Source: Actinomycetota bacterium
Lineage (GTDB): Bacteria; Actinomycetota; CADDZG01; JAHWKV01; JAOPZY01
DNA length: 40,244 nt
Assembly: GCA_025963875.1 (NCBI GenBank)
Contig: JAOPZY010000175.1
Location: forward strand, 1-40,244
Reading direction: 5' to 3'
Shown here: piece after piece, positions 15,825-27,819 of the stretch
How positions within the stretch are numbered: the first letter of the stretch is position 1
Layout: the number at the start of each line of letters is the position of its first letter
Position numbers and translations under genes: made by a program
Notes under the pieces: model-generated
The model's database searches: none
What the model saw: the letters and a program-made list of their open reading frames with translations, nothing else
What the model was told of the DNA's origin: nothing

Positions 15825-18800
15825 TTAGGCCTCCATGTCCACGCTCGAGGGCTCCCTGCGGGAGAGATCGATTCCCAGCTCCTCTGCGGTGCGATAAACG
15901 TCCTCGTCGATCTCCTTCATCTCGATTTCCTTGCCCTCGGCCGAGAGGACCTCGACGTTCAGGCACAGCGACTGCATCTCCTTGATCAGCACCTTGAAGG
16001 ACTCCGGGATCCCCGGCTCGGGGATGTTCTCGCCCTTCACGATGGCCTCGTACACCTTCACGCGCCCCAGCACGTCGTCCGACTTGATCGTGAGCAGCTC
16101 CTGCAGGGCGTAGGCCGCCCCGTACGCCTCGAGGGCCCAGACCTCCATCTCCCCGAAGCGCTGGCCACCGAACTGGGCCTTCCCGCCGAGGGGCTGCTGG
16201 GTGATCATCGAGTAGGGACCGGTCGACCGGGCGTGGATCTTGTCGTCCACCAGGTGGAGCAGCTTCAGGATGTAGAGGTAGCCCACCGAGATCGGGTGGT
16301 CGTACGGCTCCCCGGAGCGCCCGTCGAACAGGACAGCCTTGCCGTCGGCGTCCAGCTCCTGCGACCGTCCGGTGAGGTTGGCCCCGTGGAGGGCCTCCAT
16401 GATGTCCTCCTCACGGGCGCCGTCGAAGACCGGCGTCGAGACCCAGATGGTCCCGTCGGGATCGGCGGGGTGGTTCTCGGTCCTCGGGCTGACCCAGCCG
16501 TACTTGGCTGCCCAGCCCAGGTGGCTCTCGAGCACCTGGCCCAGGTTCATCCGGGACGGCACGCCGAGCGGGTTCAGGATGATGTCCACCGGGGTGCCGT
16601 TGGCGAGGAAGGGCATGTCCTCCTCCGGCAGCACCTTGGAGATGACGCCCTTGTTGCCGTGGCGGCCGGCGAGCTTGTCGCCCTCCTGGATCTTGCGCTT
16701 CTGGGCGACGTAGACCCGCACGAGCTGGTTGACGCCGGGCGGAAGCTCGTCCCCGTTCTCCCTTGAGAACACCCGGACGTCGATGACCTTGCCGTTCTCG
16801 CCGTGGGGCACCTTGAGGGACGTGTCCCGGACCTCCCGGGCCTTCTCACCGAAGATGGCCCGGAGCAGGCGCTCCTCGGGGGTCAGCTCGGTCTCGCCCT
16901 TCGGCGTCACCTTGCCGACCAGCACGTCGCCGGGGCCGACCTCGGCGCCGATGCGGATGATGCCGCGCTCGTCGAGGTCCTTGAGGACCTCTTCGCCGAG
17001 GTTCGGGATGTCCCGGGTGATCTCCTCGGCGCCCAGCTTGGTGTCACGGGCGTCGACCTCGTGGGCCTCGATGTGGATGGAGGTGAGGACGTCCTCCTTC
17101 ACCAGGCGCTCCGAGAGCACGATGGCGTCCTCGAAGTTGTGGCCCTCCCACGGCATGAACGCCACTAGCAGGTTCTTGCCAAGGGCGAGCTCGCCCTTGT
17201 CGGTGGAGGGTCCGTCGGCGATGACCGAGCCGACCTGCACCTGGTCGCCTTCCGCGATGACGGGCTTCTGGTTGATGCAGGTGCCCTGGTTGGAGCGCTG
17301 GAACTTGTGCAGGCGGTACTCCCGGCGGTCGCCGCCGATCCCGCGCACGACGACGTAGTCGGCCGAGACCTCCTCGACGACGCCCGGCTCCTCGGCCAGG
17401 ACCATGTCCCCGGCGTCCAGGGCGGTGCGTCCCTCGAGCCCGGTGCCGATCAGCGGCGCCTGGGCCCGGACGAGTGGGACTGCCTGCTTCTGCATGTTGG
17501 CGCCCATCAGGGCCCGGTTGGCGTCGTCGTGCTCGATGAACGGAATGAGCGCCGCGGCGATCGACACGATCTGCTTCGGCGAGATGTCCATGTAGTCGAC
17601 CTCGCTGGCGGGCAGGAAGTCGACGTCACCGCCCTTGCGGCGCACGAGCACGTGGTCCTCGGCGAACTTGCCGTTGGGCTCGAGGGGCGTGTTGGCCTGC
17701 GCGATGACGTGGCGGTCCTCCTCGTCGGCGGTCAGGTAGTCGACCTGCTCGGTCACCCGTCCCTTCTCGACCCGGCGGTACGGCGTCTCGATGAAGCCGA
17801 ACTCGTTGATGCGGGCGTAGGAGGCCAGCGACCCGATGAGGCCGATGTTCGGGCCTTCCGGGGTCTCGATCGGGCACATGCGGCCGTAGTGGCTCGGGTG
17901 CACGTCCCGGACCTCGAACCCGGCACGCTCCCGCGACAGACCGCCCGGCCCGAGGGCCGAGAGGCGCCGGCGGTGGGTGAGGCCGGTGAGCGGGTTGGTC
18001 TGGTCCATGAACTGGGAGAGCTGGGAGGTCCCGAAGAACTCCTTGATCGAGGCGACGACCGGCCGGATGTTGATGAGGGTCTGGGGCGTGATCGCCTCGA
18101 CGTCCTGGGTGGTCATGCGCTCCCGCACCACCCGCTCCATCCGGGAGAGGCCCACCCGCACCTGGTTCTGGATCAGCTCGCCGACCGAGCGGATGCGGCG
18201 GTTGCCGAAGTGGTCGATGTCGTCGACCTCGTAGCCCTCGTCACCGCGGTGCAGCCGGACGATGTACTGGACCGCCTTGAGGATGTCCTCGTAGGTGAGG
18301 ATCGACTTGTAGCCCGGCGCCCGGAGCCCCTTCTGGGCCTCGTCCATGTGGGCGAAGACCTTCCAGCGCTCCTGCTCCTGGGGCTCCTTGCCGGGCTTGT
18401 CGTTCTGGGCGAGCTCCTCGTAGATGCGGTTGAGCACCTGCATCATGTTGGGGTCGGTCGGGCCCAGCTTCTTGTCCACCTTGTAGCGGCCGACCTTTGC
18501 CAGGTCGTAGCGCTTCCAGTTGAAGAACAGGTTGTCGAGCAGCGTGCGCGCCGAGTCGGGCGTCGGGGGCTCCCCCGGGCGCAGTTTCCGGTAGATGTCC
18601 ATCAGGGCGTCGTCGCCCGTCTCGATGTGGTCGCGCTCGAGGGTGGCACGGATCGACTCGGCGTCGTCGAACAGCCAGAGGATCTCCTCCGAGGACAGGC
18701 CCATGGCCTTCAGCAGGACGGTGACGTTCTGCTTGCGCTTGCGATCGATCCGGACCCCGACAGTGTCCTTTTTGTCTGTTTCAAACTCTAGCCAGGCACC

Positions 18801-19286
18801 CCGGGCGGGGATGACCTTGGCGGCGTAGATCTCCCGGTCAGAGGTCTTGTCCAGCGAGCGGTCGTAGTAGACGCCCGGGGAGCGGACAAGCTGGGACACG
18901 ACGACCCGCTCTGTCCCGTTGATCACGAACGTGCCCTTCTCGGTCATCATGGGAAAATCCCCCATAAATACCGTCTGCTCCTTGATCTCGCCGGTCTCCT
19001 TGTTCATGAAGGTGGCCGTGACGAAGAGCGGGGCCGAGTAGGTCATGTCCTTCTCTTTGCACTCCTGGACGGTGTGCTTGGCGGGGTCGAAGCGGTGCTC
19101 GCCGAAGTCGAGCTGAAGGTTGCCGGTGAAGTCCTCGACGGGCGACATGTCGCGGAACGTCTCCTTCAGGCCCTCGTGGAGGAACCAGTCGAAGGACTCG
19201 CGTTGAATGGCAATCAGGTCGGGGACGGGCTGAATCTCGGGAAATCGGGCAAATGAAAGGCGCTGACGGGCGGGCGTGCTGGGCAA
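15825..19286 (-). CDS. rpoB: DNA-directed RNA polymerase subunit beta
   Basis: [54 protein letters not shown] start with AAGGAGG RBS. Confidence 0.99.
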   Translation of the reverse strand: MPSTPARQRLSFARFPEIQPVPDLIAIQRESFDWFLHEGLKETFRDMSPVEDFTGNLQLDFGEHRFDPAKHTVQECKEKDMTYSAPLFVTATFMNKETGEIKEQTVFMGDFPMMTEKGTFVINGTERVVVSQLVRSPGVYYDRSLDKTSDREIYAAKVIPARGAWLEFETDKKDTVGVRIDRKRKQNVTVLLKAMGLSSEEILWLFDDAESIRATLERDHIETGDDALMDIYRKLRPGEPPTPDSARTLLDNLFFNWKRYDLAKVGRYKVDKKLGPTDPNMMQVLNRIYEELAQNDKPGKEPQEQERWKVFAHMDEAQKGLRAPGYKSILTYEDILKAVQYIVRLHRGDEGYEVDDIDHFGNRRIRSVGELIQNQVRVGLSRMERVVRERMTTQDVEAITPQTLINIRPVVASIKEFFGTSQLSQFMDQTNPLTGLTHRRRLSALGPGGLSRERAGFEVRDVHPSHYGRMCPIETPEGPNIGLIGSLASYARINEFGFIETPYRRVEKGRVTEQVDYLTADEEDRHVIAQANTPLEPNGKFAEDHVLVRRKGGDVDFLPASEVDYMDISPKQIVSIAAALIPFIEHDDANRALMGANMQKQAVPLVRAQAPLIGTGLEGRTALDAGDMVLAEEPGVVEEVSADYVVVRGIGGDRREYRLHKFQRSNQGTCINQKPVIAEGDQVQVGSVIADGPSTDKGELALGKNLLVAFMPWEGHNFEDAIVLSERLVKEDVLTSIHIEAHEVDARDTKLGAEEITRDIPNLGEEVLKDLDERGIIRIGAEVGPGDVLVGKVTPKGETELTPEERLLRAIFGEKAREVRDTSLKVPHGENGKVIDVRVFSRENGDELPPGVNQLVRVYVAQKRKIQEGDKLAGRHGNKGVISKVLPEEDMPFLANGTPVDIILNPLGVPSRMNLGQVLESHLGWAAKYGWVSPRTENHPADPDGTIWVSTPVFDGAREEDIMEALHGANLTGRSQELDADGKAVLFDGRSGEPYDHPISVGYLYILKLLHLVDDKIHARSTGPYSMITQQPLGGKAQFGGQRFGEMEVWALEAYGAAYALQELLTIKSDDVLGRVKVYEAIVKGENIPEPGIPESFKVLIKEMQSLCLNVEVLSAEGKEIEMKEIDEDVYRTAEELGIDLSRREPSSVDMEA

Positions 19287-19479
19287 GCAATGCCTCCTTT
19301 AAAGCTGGTGGGTCAACGTGACGACAACTATTGAGCGGCCAGGCTGGCCAGGCGTCTTGGGCGCTGGACGGCCCCCCTGGTCGTCCAAATTTGGATCAAA
19401 TAGGTCAAATTTTGATCAAAGGCGCGCCAAAACCGAAGCAACTAGTAGGTTAACTCGCGGGTAAACACGACAAACGGGC

Positions 19480-19509
19480 ATAGTAGCACACTGTGCTACC
19501 GCCCGTCAA
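19480..19509 (-). promoter_or_regulatory. Housekeeping-sigma promoter of rpoBC with overlapping palindrome
   Basis: Minus strand TTGACG-18 nt-TACTAT with TG extension; GTAGCACA-c-TGTGCTAC inverted repeat at 19483-19499. Confidence 0.65.
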
Positions 19510-19685
19510 CAGATTCGTTGGCGCTCGTCGCAGATCTGCACCCGTTTTTCGGAGTCGAGGCAATGGTAGGCCCCCCCGGCTGCTTGTGTCAAATCTTTCC
19601 CAACTCCACCGCCCAGCCTTCACCCCCAGGCCTTCACCCGGGCCGCCGGCTTGGGCGGCTCCGGGCGGAGGCTGGTGCAGACCCT

Positions 19686-20066
19686 CTACTTCAGCTCGAC
19701 GGAGCCTCCTGCGGCCTCCAGCTGCGCCTTGGCCTTCTCGGCGGCTTCCTTCGTCACCTTCTCGAGGACGGGCTTCGGGGCGCCGTCCACGAGGTCCTTG
19801 GCCTCCTTCAGGCCGAGGGACGTGAGCGACCGCACCTCCTTGATGACCTGGATCTTCTTGTCGCCGGCGGCCGTGAGGACGACGTCGAACTCGTCCTTCT
19901 CCTCCTCGGGCTCCGCAGCCGCGGCGGCGGGGCCGGCCGGGCCGGCGGCCGCGACCGGAGCTGCGGCCGTGACGCCGAACTTGTCCTCGAACGCCTTTAC
20001 GAACTCGGAGAGCTCGAGGACGGTCATGCCGCCGATCTGATCGAGCAGTTCCTCAGTGTTTGCCAT
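19686..20066 (-). CDS. rplL: 50S ribosomal protein L7/L12
   Basis: [26 protein letters not shown]...[25 protein letters not shown]. Confidence 0.98.
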   Translation of the reverse strand: MANTEELLDQIGGMTVLELSEFVKAFEDKFGVTAAAPVAAAGPAGPAAAAAEPEEEKDEFDVVLTAAGDKKIQVIKEVRSLTSLGLKEAKDLVDGAPKPVLEKVTKEAAEKAKAQLEAAGGSVELK

Positions 20067-20097
20067 TGCTACCTCCTTGCATCTTCGAAGTGAATCT

Positions 20098-20730
20098 TTA
20101 CGGTGTCGCTTGAGCTTCGGTGTCCGCTTCCGGAGCTGGGGCCGGTGCGGTGGGTTCTGGGGCCGGCTCTGCCGGGGCGGCCTCGTCGGCGGCGGCCTCG
20201 GGGGCCGGGGCGCCTGCCGTCACCTTCTCGCGGTAGGCACCCAGGGCGTAGCCGAGGCTCCGCACCGGTGCCTGCAGCAGGGCTGCCAGCTTGGACAGGG
20301 GTGCCTGGAAGGCGCCCGCAATCTGGGCGAGCAGGACCTCTCGGGGGGCCACGTGCGCCAAGGCGGCTGCCCGCTCGGCGCTGAGGACCCTGCCGGTGAG
20401 CAGGCCGCCCTTCAGCACGAGGGCCGGGTACTTCCTGGAGATCTCGTCGAGGCCCTTGGCGGCGGTCACCGGGTCGCCCTTCACGAAGGCGATCGCGGTG
20501 GAGCCCTCCAGGAGGGGCAGCAGGTCCTCGAGGCCGATGTCCTTGGCGGCGATCTTCGCCAGGGTGTTCTTCACGACCTTGAAATCGGTCTGCGAGGCCG
20601 CCAGCGAGCGCCGGAGCTCGGTCATCTCGGCCACCTTGAGGCCGCGGAACGAGGTCAGCAGGGCGGCCTGGGACTCACGGAACTCTCCCTTGAGCCGCTC
20701 GACCGCCTCGATCTTCTGCGCCTTTGGCAT
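20098..20730 (-). CDS. rplJ: 50S ribosomal protein L10
   Basis: [10 protein letters not shown]...[13 protein letters not shown]...[10 protein letters not shown]...GSTAIAF; ATG at 20730; Pro/Ala/Glu tail. Confidence 0.96.
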   Translation of the reverse strand: MPKAQKIEAVERLKGEFRESQAALLTSFRGLKVAEMTELRRSLAASQTDFKVVKNTLAKIAAKDIGLEDLLPLLEGSTAIAFVKGDPVTAAKGLDEISRKYPALVLKGGLLTGRVLSAERAAALAHVAPREVLLAQIAGAFQAPLSKLAALLQAPVRSLGYALGAYREKVTAGAPAPEAAADEAAPAEPAPEPTAPAPAPEADTEAQATP

Positions 20731-20759
20731 AACGTCACTCCGTCTTTTGTGTCTCTGTA

Positions 20760-20885
20760 CGCGAAAAAAACGACCCACCGGAGACGGTAGGTCGCGCGAG
20801 TCGTCCAAACTCTCGACGCCTCGGCGGGCTCCTCCCGGGGTCGGGGGGACTTAGGGCCAGCGGCCACCTGCTGTCTCCGGCAGAT
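20760..20885 (-). ncRNA. Ribosomal protein L10 leader (cis-regulatory RNA) with attenuator
   Basis: Minus strand GGAGACAGCAGG...CTAAG...CCCGCCGAGG core upstream of rplJ, then GACCTACCG-tctc-CGGTGGGTC followed by a run of T. Confidence 0.75.
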
Positions 20886-20927
20886 CCATCATATATGCGG
20901 CCGGGCCGGCCGCGGGGGCCGGTCAGG

Positions 20928-20980
20928 CCGAGCTAAGTCCGCAATCGCGCGTATCTGCGCGAAAGACGACCAACCTGTGC
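20928..20980. repeat. About 53-bp imperfect palindrome, copy 1 (related copy at 36459-36511)
   Basis: Core AATCGCGCGTATCTGCGCGAAA matches the reverse complement of 36474-36495 at 20/22 positions. Confidence 0.6.
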
Positions 20981-21720
20981 TAGGCGGTTGCCCCCACGGC
21001 ATCCGAGGCAGCGCCGTCGGCGGTCGCCTCTTTCAGCCGGGCGACGTCCACCCTGACACCTGGTCCCATGCTCGGAGCCAGAGTGACCGACTTGAGGTAC
21101 TTGCCTTTGGCGGCGGCAGGCTTGGCCCGCAGGACCTCGTCGACAACGGCCAGGTAGTTCACCGCCAGGTCGCCGGCGCTGAACGATGCCTTGCCGATCA
21201 CGGTGTGGACGTTGGCCTGGCGGTCGGTGCGGTACTCGATCTTGCCCGCCTTGACCTCCCTCACCGCCCGGGCGACGTCGGGGGTGACCGTGCCGGACTT
21301 GGGGTTCGGCATCAGGCCGCGGGGGCCGAGGATCTTTCCGAGCTTGCCGACGACCGGCATCATGTCCGGCGAGGCGATGGCCACGTCGAAGTCCGTCCAG
21401 CCCTTCTGGATGCGGTCGGCCAGGTCCTGAGCCCCGACGACCTCGGCGCCCGCCTCCTCCGCCTCCCGGGCCTTCTCGCCCTGGGCGAACACGGCGACCC
21501 GGACCGTCTTGCCGGTACCCCTTGGCAGGCTGACCGAGCCTCGAACCTGCTGGTCGGCCTTCCGGGGATCGACGCCAAGCCGCAGCGTCAACTCGACGGT
21601 CTCATCGAACTTGGCTGTAGCCAGAGTCTTGGCGAGATCGAGAGCTTCGGCCGGACCATAGAACTTCTCCCGGTCATAGATCTCGACCGCTTTCCTGTAC
21701 CGCTTGCCCTTGTGGGCCAT
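20980..21720 (-). CDS. rplA: 50S ribosomal protein L1
   Basis: AKFDETVE...[21 protein letters not shown]...[16 protein letters not shown]. Confidence 0.98.
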   Translation of the reverse strand: MAHKGKRYRKAVEIYDREKFYGPAEALDLAKTLATAKFDETVELTLRLGVDPRKADQQVRGSVSLPRGTGKTVRVAVFAQGEKAREAEEAGAEVVGAQDLADRIQKGWTDFDVAIASPDMMPVVGKLGKILGPRGLMPNPKSGTVTPDVARAVREVKAGKIEYRTDRQANVHTVIGKASFSAGDLAVNYLAVVDEVLRAKPAAAKGKYLKSVTLAPSMGPGVRVDVARLKEATADGAASDAVGATA

Positions 21721-21751
21721 GTGCATGTCTCCTGTTTCTAACCCTTTTTTT

Positions 21752-22189
21752 CTAACCCTCGACCGCCACGCCCATGGAGCGGGCAGTTCCTGCGATGATC
21801 TTCATGGCCTGATCGATGTCGTAGGCGTTCAGGTCGGGCAGCTTCAACTCCGCGATGCGGCGCAGCTCGTCCCTGCTGACCGACCCGACCCGCGTCTTGT
21901 GCGGATCGGCGGACCCCTTGGGGGCACCGGCAGCCTGCTTCAGCAGGACCGAGGCCGGGGGGGTCTTCAGGACGAACTCGAAGCTGCGGTCCTCGTAGAT
22001 CGTCACCTGCACGGGGACGACCGTGCCGGTCTGGGAGGCGGTCCGCTCGTTGTAGCTGCGGACGAACTCCATGATGTTGACCCCGTGGGGACCGAGGGCG
22101 GTACCCACCGGGGGGGCCGGCGTGGCTTGGCCCGCAGGGATCTGGAGCTTGACCACCGCGCGGATCTTCTTCTTCCTGGGAGTTGCCAT
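21752..22189 (-). CDS. rplK: 50S ribosomal protein L11
   Basis: [29 protein letters not shown]...KTPPAS...GTARSMG. Confidence 0.98.
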   Translation of the reverse strand: MATPRKKKIRAVVKLQIPAGQATPAPPVGTALGPHGVNIMEFVRSYNERTASQTGTVVPVQVTIYEDRSFEFVLKTPPASVLLKQAAGAPKGSADPHKTRVGSVSRDELRRIAELKLPDLNAYDIDQAMKIIAGTARSMGVAVEG

Positions 22190-22214
22190 CGTGACTTCCT
22201 TCCTACTTCAAGAG

Positions 22215-22976
22215 CTACAGCTTGGCGACCTGCTCGAACGAGAGCTCGACGGGCGTCTCCCGACCGAAGATGTTGACGAGAACCTTCAGCTTCGACTGAT
22301 CCACGTTGATGTCCGAGATCGTGCCGGTGAAATTGGCGAACGGCCCCGTGACCACCCGGACGCTCTCGCCCACCTCGAACTCGAGGCGGGGCTTCAGCCG
22401 CTCGACGGGCTTGACCTGCAGGATCTTCTCGACCTCCCGGGTGGCGAGCGGCACCGGCTTGGCCCCCGACCCGACGAAGCCGGTCACCCCGGGCGTGTTC
22501 CGCACGACGTACCAGGAGTCGTCGTCGACGTACATGCGGACCATCAGGTAGCCCGGGAAGATCCGCTTCTGGACCACCTGCTTCTTGCCGCCCTTGAACT
22601 CGATCACGTCCTCGATGGGGATGACGACCTCGAAGATCTTGTCCTCCATGTTCATGGAGCGGATCCGGGTGTCGAGGTTGGCCTTCACCTTGTTCTCGTA
22701 GCCGGCGTAGGTGTGCACGACGTACCAGTCGCCTGGACGCTCTGCGGGAGGGATGAACTCCTCCTCGAAGTCGGCGGGTTCGCCTTCGGCCTCCGCTTCG
22801 GGGTCGGTATCGGCGGCCAGGTCGGCCTCCAACTCCGATTCGAGTTCCGGCTCCAGGGCGGGCTCCAGCCCAGCCTCCACGGGCGCCTCAACGGCGTCGG
22901 TCGGGGTGTCTATCACTTCGGTGTCCGTAGTCAAGGTGTCATTTGCCTCCGGGTCGTCCGGGTCGTTGTCGGGCAT
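22215..22976 (-). CDS. nusG: Transcription termination/antitermination factor NusG with acidic N-extension
   Basis: [39 protein letters not shown] domain, [10 protein letters not shown]. Confidence 0.97.
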   Translation of the reverse strand: MPDNDPDDPEANDTLTTDTEVIDTPTDAVEAPVEAGLEPALEPELESELEADLAADTDPEAEAEGEPADFEEEFIPPAERPGDWYVVHTYAGYENKVKANLDTRIRSMNMEDKIFEVVIPIEDVIEFKGGKKQVVQKRIFPGYLMVRMYVDDDSWYVVRNTPGVTGFVGSGAKPVPLATREVEKILQVKPVERLKPRLEFEVGESVRVVTGPFANFTGTISDINVDQSKLKVLVNIFGRETPVELSFEQVAKL

Positions 22977-22985
22977 GGGGTGGGG

Positions 22986-23270
22986 TCAGGCGCCAGAGAT
23001 CAGCTTGACCACCAGCTTGGTGAAGGCGATGTCGAGGCCCCAGATCAGCATCATGAAGAAGGTTACCGACACCACCACAACCAGGGTATACGTGAGGACC
23101 TCCTGGCGGCTCGGCCAGGCGACCCGGGCGAGCTCCCCCCGGACCTCCTTCACGAAGTCCCTGGGCTTGGTGCGCCTCCGCTTCGCGGCAACCTGCTGCG
23201 GCGTGGGCCGCTTGAGCCGGTCCGCGGCGCCTTCCCGCTTCTTCACCATCCGCTTCGTTTCTCGGTTCAC
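22986..23270 (-). CDS. secE: Preprotein translocase subunit SecE
   Basis: FVKEVRGELARVAWPSRQE plus one TM helix; between tRNA-Trp and nusG; GTG start about 23270. Confidence 0.93.
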   Translation of the reverse strand: MNRETKRMVKKREGAADRLKRPTPQQVAAKRRRTKPRDFVKEVRGELARVAWPSRQEVLTYTLVVVVSVTFFMMLIWGLDIAFTKLVVKLISGA

Positions 23271-23309
23271 GCTTCGCACTCCGGAGGTCGATCGGGAGCC
23301 TGGTGGGTC

Positions 23310-23385
23310 TGGCAGGCCCGGAGGGACTTGAACCCCCAACCCCCGGTTTTGGAGACCGGTGCTCTGCCAGTTGAGCTACGGGCCT
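23310..23385 (-). tRNA. tRNA-Trp (CCA)
   Basis: AGGCCCGTAGCTCAACTGGCAGAGCACCGGTCTCCAAAACCGGGGGTTGGGGGTTCAAGTCCCTCCGGGCCTGCCA; encoded CCA end. Confidence 0.97.
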
Positions 23386-23423
23386 GTGTGCGCGCCATCA
23401 TGATGCCCGCTGTGGTTCCACTC

Positions 23424-23452
23424 AGTATAGGGATCGCTCGCAGGTGCGGCAA
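23424..23452 (-). promoter_or_regulatory. Promoter of tRNA-Trp-secE-nusG
   Basis: Minus strand TTGCCG-17 nt-TATACT. Confidence 0.65.
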
Positions 23453-23473
23453 TCAGGGCGCCCTCAAGACGCG

Positions 23474-23499
23474 CTCGAGGGCGCCGGAGCGCCCTCGAG
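23474..23499 (-). terminator. Hairpin downstream of the small membrane protein gene
   Basis: CTCGAGGGCGC-cgga-GCGCCCTCGAG perfect 11-bp stem; weak U-tract. Confidence 0.45.
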
Positions 23500-23520
23500 G
23501 TGAAGCGAAGTTGTGAGAAG

Positions 23521-23763
23521 TTACGCCGTCTTGCCGAAGCGGGTCCAGACCTCGTGCAGGACGCCGGCGATGACGACCGCGGTGCCGAGTGCGAAGACCG
23601 CCCGCAGGACGTCGACGGACAGCGAGCGGTAGAGGAAGTAAGCGGCGACGCCGCCTACCAGACCGAAGATCGCGTCCCAGGTGAGGTTCGACTCCTTGAG
23701 GAAGAGCGCCTTCACGACCAACCCACCGAGAATGCCCATCGCGATTGCGATTCCGATGACCAC
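23521..23763 (-). CDS. Small 3-TM membrane protein (GlsB/YeaQ/YmgE-like)
   Basis: 80 aa, Gly-rich hydrophobic segments (GILGGLVVKAL, IFGLVGGVAA); AAGGAGG RBS before GTG. Confidence 0.6.
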   Translation of the reverse strand: MVIGIAIAMGILGGLVVKALFLKESNLTWDAIFGLVGGVAAYFLYRSLSVDVLRAVFALGTAVVIAGVLHEVWTRFGKTA

Positions 23764-23859
23764 GTCTGCCTCCTTCTTGTCCGGGGTATTGGCCCCGGGC
23801 CTTGTCGGGATCCGTGACCCTTCTCGATTGAGCCGGGCGGTCCCGCTTTCACCACATCA

Positions 23860-23886
23860 GACGTAGGCGAGGCGGGGAAGGTTACA
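23860..23886 (-). promoter_or_regulatory. ECF-sigma-type promoter of the small membrane protein gene
   Basis: Minus strand TGTAACC-16 nt-CGTC; same motif as upstream of the ECF sigma gene. Confidence 0.65.
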
Positions 23887-23924
23887 TGGCGGGGATTTCG
23901 TGGGTCGCAGAGAAAGCCTGGCCT

Positions 23925-24332
23925 TCAGGCGTGGACGGCGGCGGTGCGAAGTCCGCTCACCAGCCGGCGGCGACGGCGGCCCCGGATGAGGACGGCGCCG
24001 GTGGCCAGCCCGGCGAGCAGGATGGCGGCTCCTCCGGCGGCGGCCACCCGAGGGTCGGCGAGGCGGTCGCGCACTTCCCGGGCGGCGGCCACGTGCCGGC
24101 GGAGCCTCACCCGTGAGCGGACGGCGTCGATCGTCGCCGGCAGCAGCCAGGCTGGGGGCTCGATGGTCTGGGTCGCGAGGGCCGCAAGGGCACCCTGCAG
24201 ATCCCGGTAGGCATCCAGCTCGCCCCGGCAGCGGTCGCAGGTGCGCAGGTGGGCGTCGAGGGCACTGGCGGCGGGCCCACCGGACTGGTCGATGTAGGAC
24301 GGGATGTGCTGGGCTGCCTCACGACACTCCAC
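23925..24332 (-). CDS. Zinc-finger (zf-HC2/ZAS) membrane anti-sigma factor
   Basis: MECREA..HIPSYID...HLRTCDRC (HxxxCxxC), C-terminal TM helix followed by RRRRR; directly after the ECF sigma. Confidence 0.85.
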   Translation of the reverse strand: MECREAAQHIPSYIDQSGGPAASALDAHLRTCDRCRGELDAYRDLQGALAALATQTIEPPAWLLPATIDAVRSRVRLRRHVAAAREVRDRLADPRVAAAGGAAILLAGLATGAVLIRGRRRRRLVSGLRTAAVHA

Positions 24333-24334
24333 CG

Positions 24335-24943
24335 CTACTCCTCCTCTCCCTTACTTGGGCCCTTGCCCGGGCCGGTGGCCCTGGCTTGCGCCGGAGCTTC
24401 TTCCACCAGCATCTCCTTCAGTTTCTGGCGGGCACGATGGAGACGCACCTTGGCGGCCCCCTCGGAGATGCCGAGCTGGTTGCCCACCTCTGCGAGGGAG
24501 AAACCGTACACGTCCCGCATGACCACCACGGCCCGGTACCCCGCGGGAAGGGTCAGCAACGCCGAGTCGAGCCGCTCGGCAAGCTGCCGGCGGTCCAGCT
24601 CGGCGCCCGGATCACCCGATGCGGGAGCGTGCCAATCCTGCCACTGCTCGTTCTCCAGCGGAACCTCGTGACGCCGCCGGGCCCGCTTCCGCAGGCTCGT
24701 CATCGCCACGCTCGAGGTCACCCTGTACAGCCACGTCGAGAACTTGGCCTCGCCGCGGAAGGTCTTGATGGAACGCAGCAACCGTAGGTAGGTCTCCTGG
24801 GCGACCTCGGCTGCGTCGTCCGGATTCCCCGTCAGGCGGAGCGCCAGGGAGTACACGTCGCGCTGCGAGAGGCGAATCAGCTCCTCGAACGCTAGGGGGT
24901 CGCCCTGCTGGCATCTCTCGATGACCTCGGTTGGTACGTCCAC
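24335..24943 (-). CDS. ECF-family RNA polymerase sigma factor
   Basis: GDPLAFEEL, DAAEVAQETYLR...FRGEAKFSTWLYRV (region 2), LPAGYRAVVVMRDVYGFSLAEVG..LGISEGAAKVRLHRAR (region 4); GTG start at 24943 downstream of its promoter. Confidence 0.93.
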   Translation of the reverse strand: MDVPTEVIERCQQGDPLAFEELIRLSQRDVYSLALRLTGNPDDAAEVAQETYLRLLRSIKTFRGEAKFSTWLYRVTSSVAMTSLRKRARRRHEVPLENEQWQDWHAPASGDPGAELDRRQLAERLDSALLTLPAGYRAVVVMRDVYGFSLAEVGNQLGISEGAAKVRLHRARQKLKEMLVEEAPAQARATGPGKGPSKGEEE

Positions 24944-24965
24944 ACATTTCCTGCCTATCCCGTTT

Positions 24966-24991
24966 GACGAGCATGGTGGCAAAAGGTTACA
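24966..24991 (-). promoter_or_regulatory. Autoregulatory ECF promoter
   Basis: Minus strand TGTAACC-15 nt-CGTC just upstream of the sigma gene RBS. Confidence 0.65.
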
Positions 24992-25021
24992 GGCACGACC
25001 CCCCGGCCAGAAACGGACACC

Positions 25022-25068
25022 AACATTGGCCCAAAAAGACCCATTTCCGGGCTTTTTGACCCAATGTT
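25022..25068. repeat. 47-bp imperfect palindrome after the SDR gene (terminator or REP-like)
   Basis: AACATTGG..CAAAAAG.CCC-atttcc-GGG-CTTTTTG..CCAATGTT. Confidence 0.5.
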
Positions 25069-25084
25069 CAGCGCTGTGGTCGGC

Positions 25085-25897
<813 letters not shown>

Positions 25898-25904
25898 GCT
25901 GCGG

Positions 25905-26072
25905 CTAGCGCGTTTCCCGGTGGACCCGGTGGCAGCGGCACCAGCGGCAGTACTTCTTCATCTCCAAGCGGCCCTGCTGCTTCTGGCGGTTCTTGGTCGT
26001 GATGTAGTTGCGCCGCTTGCACTCGGTGCAGGCGAGGATGACGTGGGGCCGCTTGTCGGTGGTGGAGGCCAT
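25905..26072 (-). CDS. rpmG: 50S ribosomal protein L33 (Zn-binding C+ form); not in the ORF track
   Basis: Translated by hand: [55 protein letters not shown] (55 aa). Confidence 0.95.
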   Translation of the reverse strand: MASTTDKRPHVILACTECKRRNYITTKNRQKQQGRLEMKKYCRWCRCHRVHRETR

Positions 26073-26086
26073 TGGATCTGTCTATT

Positions 26087-26116
26087 CCTATCCGGGGGCT
26101 TGAGGGCCCCCTCGGG
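26087..26116. repeat. 30-nt REP-like hairpin, copy A (tuf-rpmG spacer)
   Basis: CCTATCCGGGGGCTTGAGGGCCCCCTCGGG; 26/30 identical to 27521-27550, with compensatory stem changes. Confidence 0.7.
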
Positions 26117-26119
26117 CTC

Positions 26120-27307
<1,188 letters not shown>

Positions 27308-27391
27308 CGCCTACCTCCAGGCACTTCTCATGTTGTGGAATCCAACCTCTACCTTTTTAGCTCCGACGTTCTGTGGAGCCACACGCTCGGG

Positions 27392-27463
27392 TAGCGGCGG
27401 GCGGATTCGAACCGCCGACACAGCGATTATGAGCCGCTTGCTCTACCACTGAGCTACGCCGCC
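27392..27463 (-). tRNA. tRNA-Met (CAT), probably elongator
   Basis: GGCGGCGTAGCTCAGTGGTAGAGCAAGCGGCTCATAATCGCTGTGTCGGCGGTTCGAATCCGCCCGCCGCTA; no initiator 3 G:C anticodon-stem signature; CCA not encoded. Confidence 0.92.
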
Positions 27464-27520
27464 AGATGCTACCAGACGGGGGGTTCGCCCCCGCCTGGCC
27501 CCAAACCCTAAACCCCTTTT

Positions 27521-27550
27521 CCTATCCGGCGCCTTGAGGGGCGCCTCGGG
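27521..27550. repeat. 30-nt REP-like hairpin, copy B (tRNA-Thr/tRNA-Met spacer)
   Basis: CCTATCCGGCGCCTTGAGGGGCGCCTCGGG. Confidence 0.7.
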
Positions 27551-27594
27551 GTGTGACCAGCCGCGTTCCGCTGTCCGTTTCGTGGCTGGTTCGG

Positions 27595-27667
27595 AGCCCC
27601 CTCGCGGAATCGAACCGCGGACACCGGCCTTACCATGGCCGTGCTCTACCGACTGAGCTAAGGGGGC
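27595..27667 (-). tRNA. tRNA-Thr (GGT)
   Basis: GCCCCCTTAGCTCAGTCGGTAGAGCACGGCCATGGTAAGGCCGGTGTCCGCGGTTCGATTCCGCGAGGGGGCT; CCA not encoded. Confidence 0.95.
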
Positions 27668-27794
27668 CACAAGAAACACAGAGGGCCGCGTGAAAATGAT
27701 AGCCGCTTTGCTGGAGACGCTGGCGGGGCGGTTCGGGGAGGTGCCCGGGGCGGTCGTTGCGGACCCCTCAGCGCGCGATTAGGGTGACGATCGG

Positions 27795-27819
27795 CCCGAG
27801 GCGCCCCTCAAGGCGCCGG
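27795..27819. repeat. REP-like hairpin, copy C (inverted)
   Basis: CCCGAGGCGCCCCTCAAGGCGCCGG is the exact reverse complement of 27526-27550 (25/25). Confidence 0.75.

Noticed and set aside
17930..18040. Possible rifampicin-resistance substitutions in RpoB
   Set aside because: Cluster I reads [25 protein letters not shown] with the key Q, D, H and S residues wild-type
21737..21759. Short direct repeat TTTCTAACCCT at the rplK stop
   Set aside because: An 11-nt local duplication with no evident function
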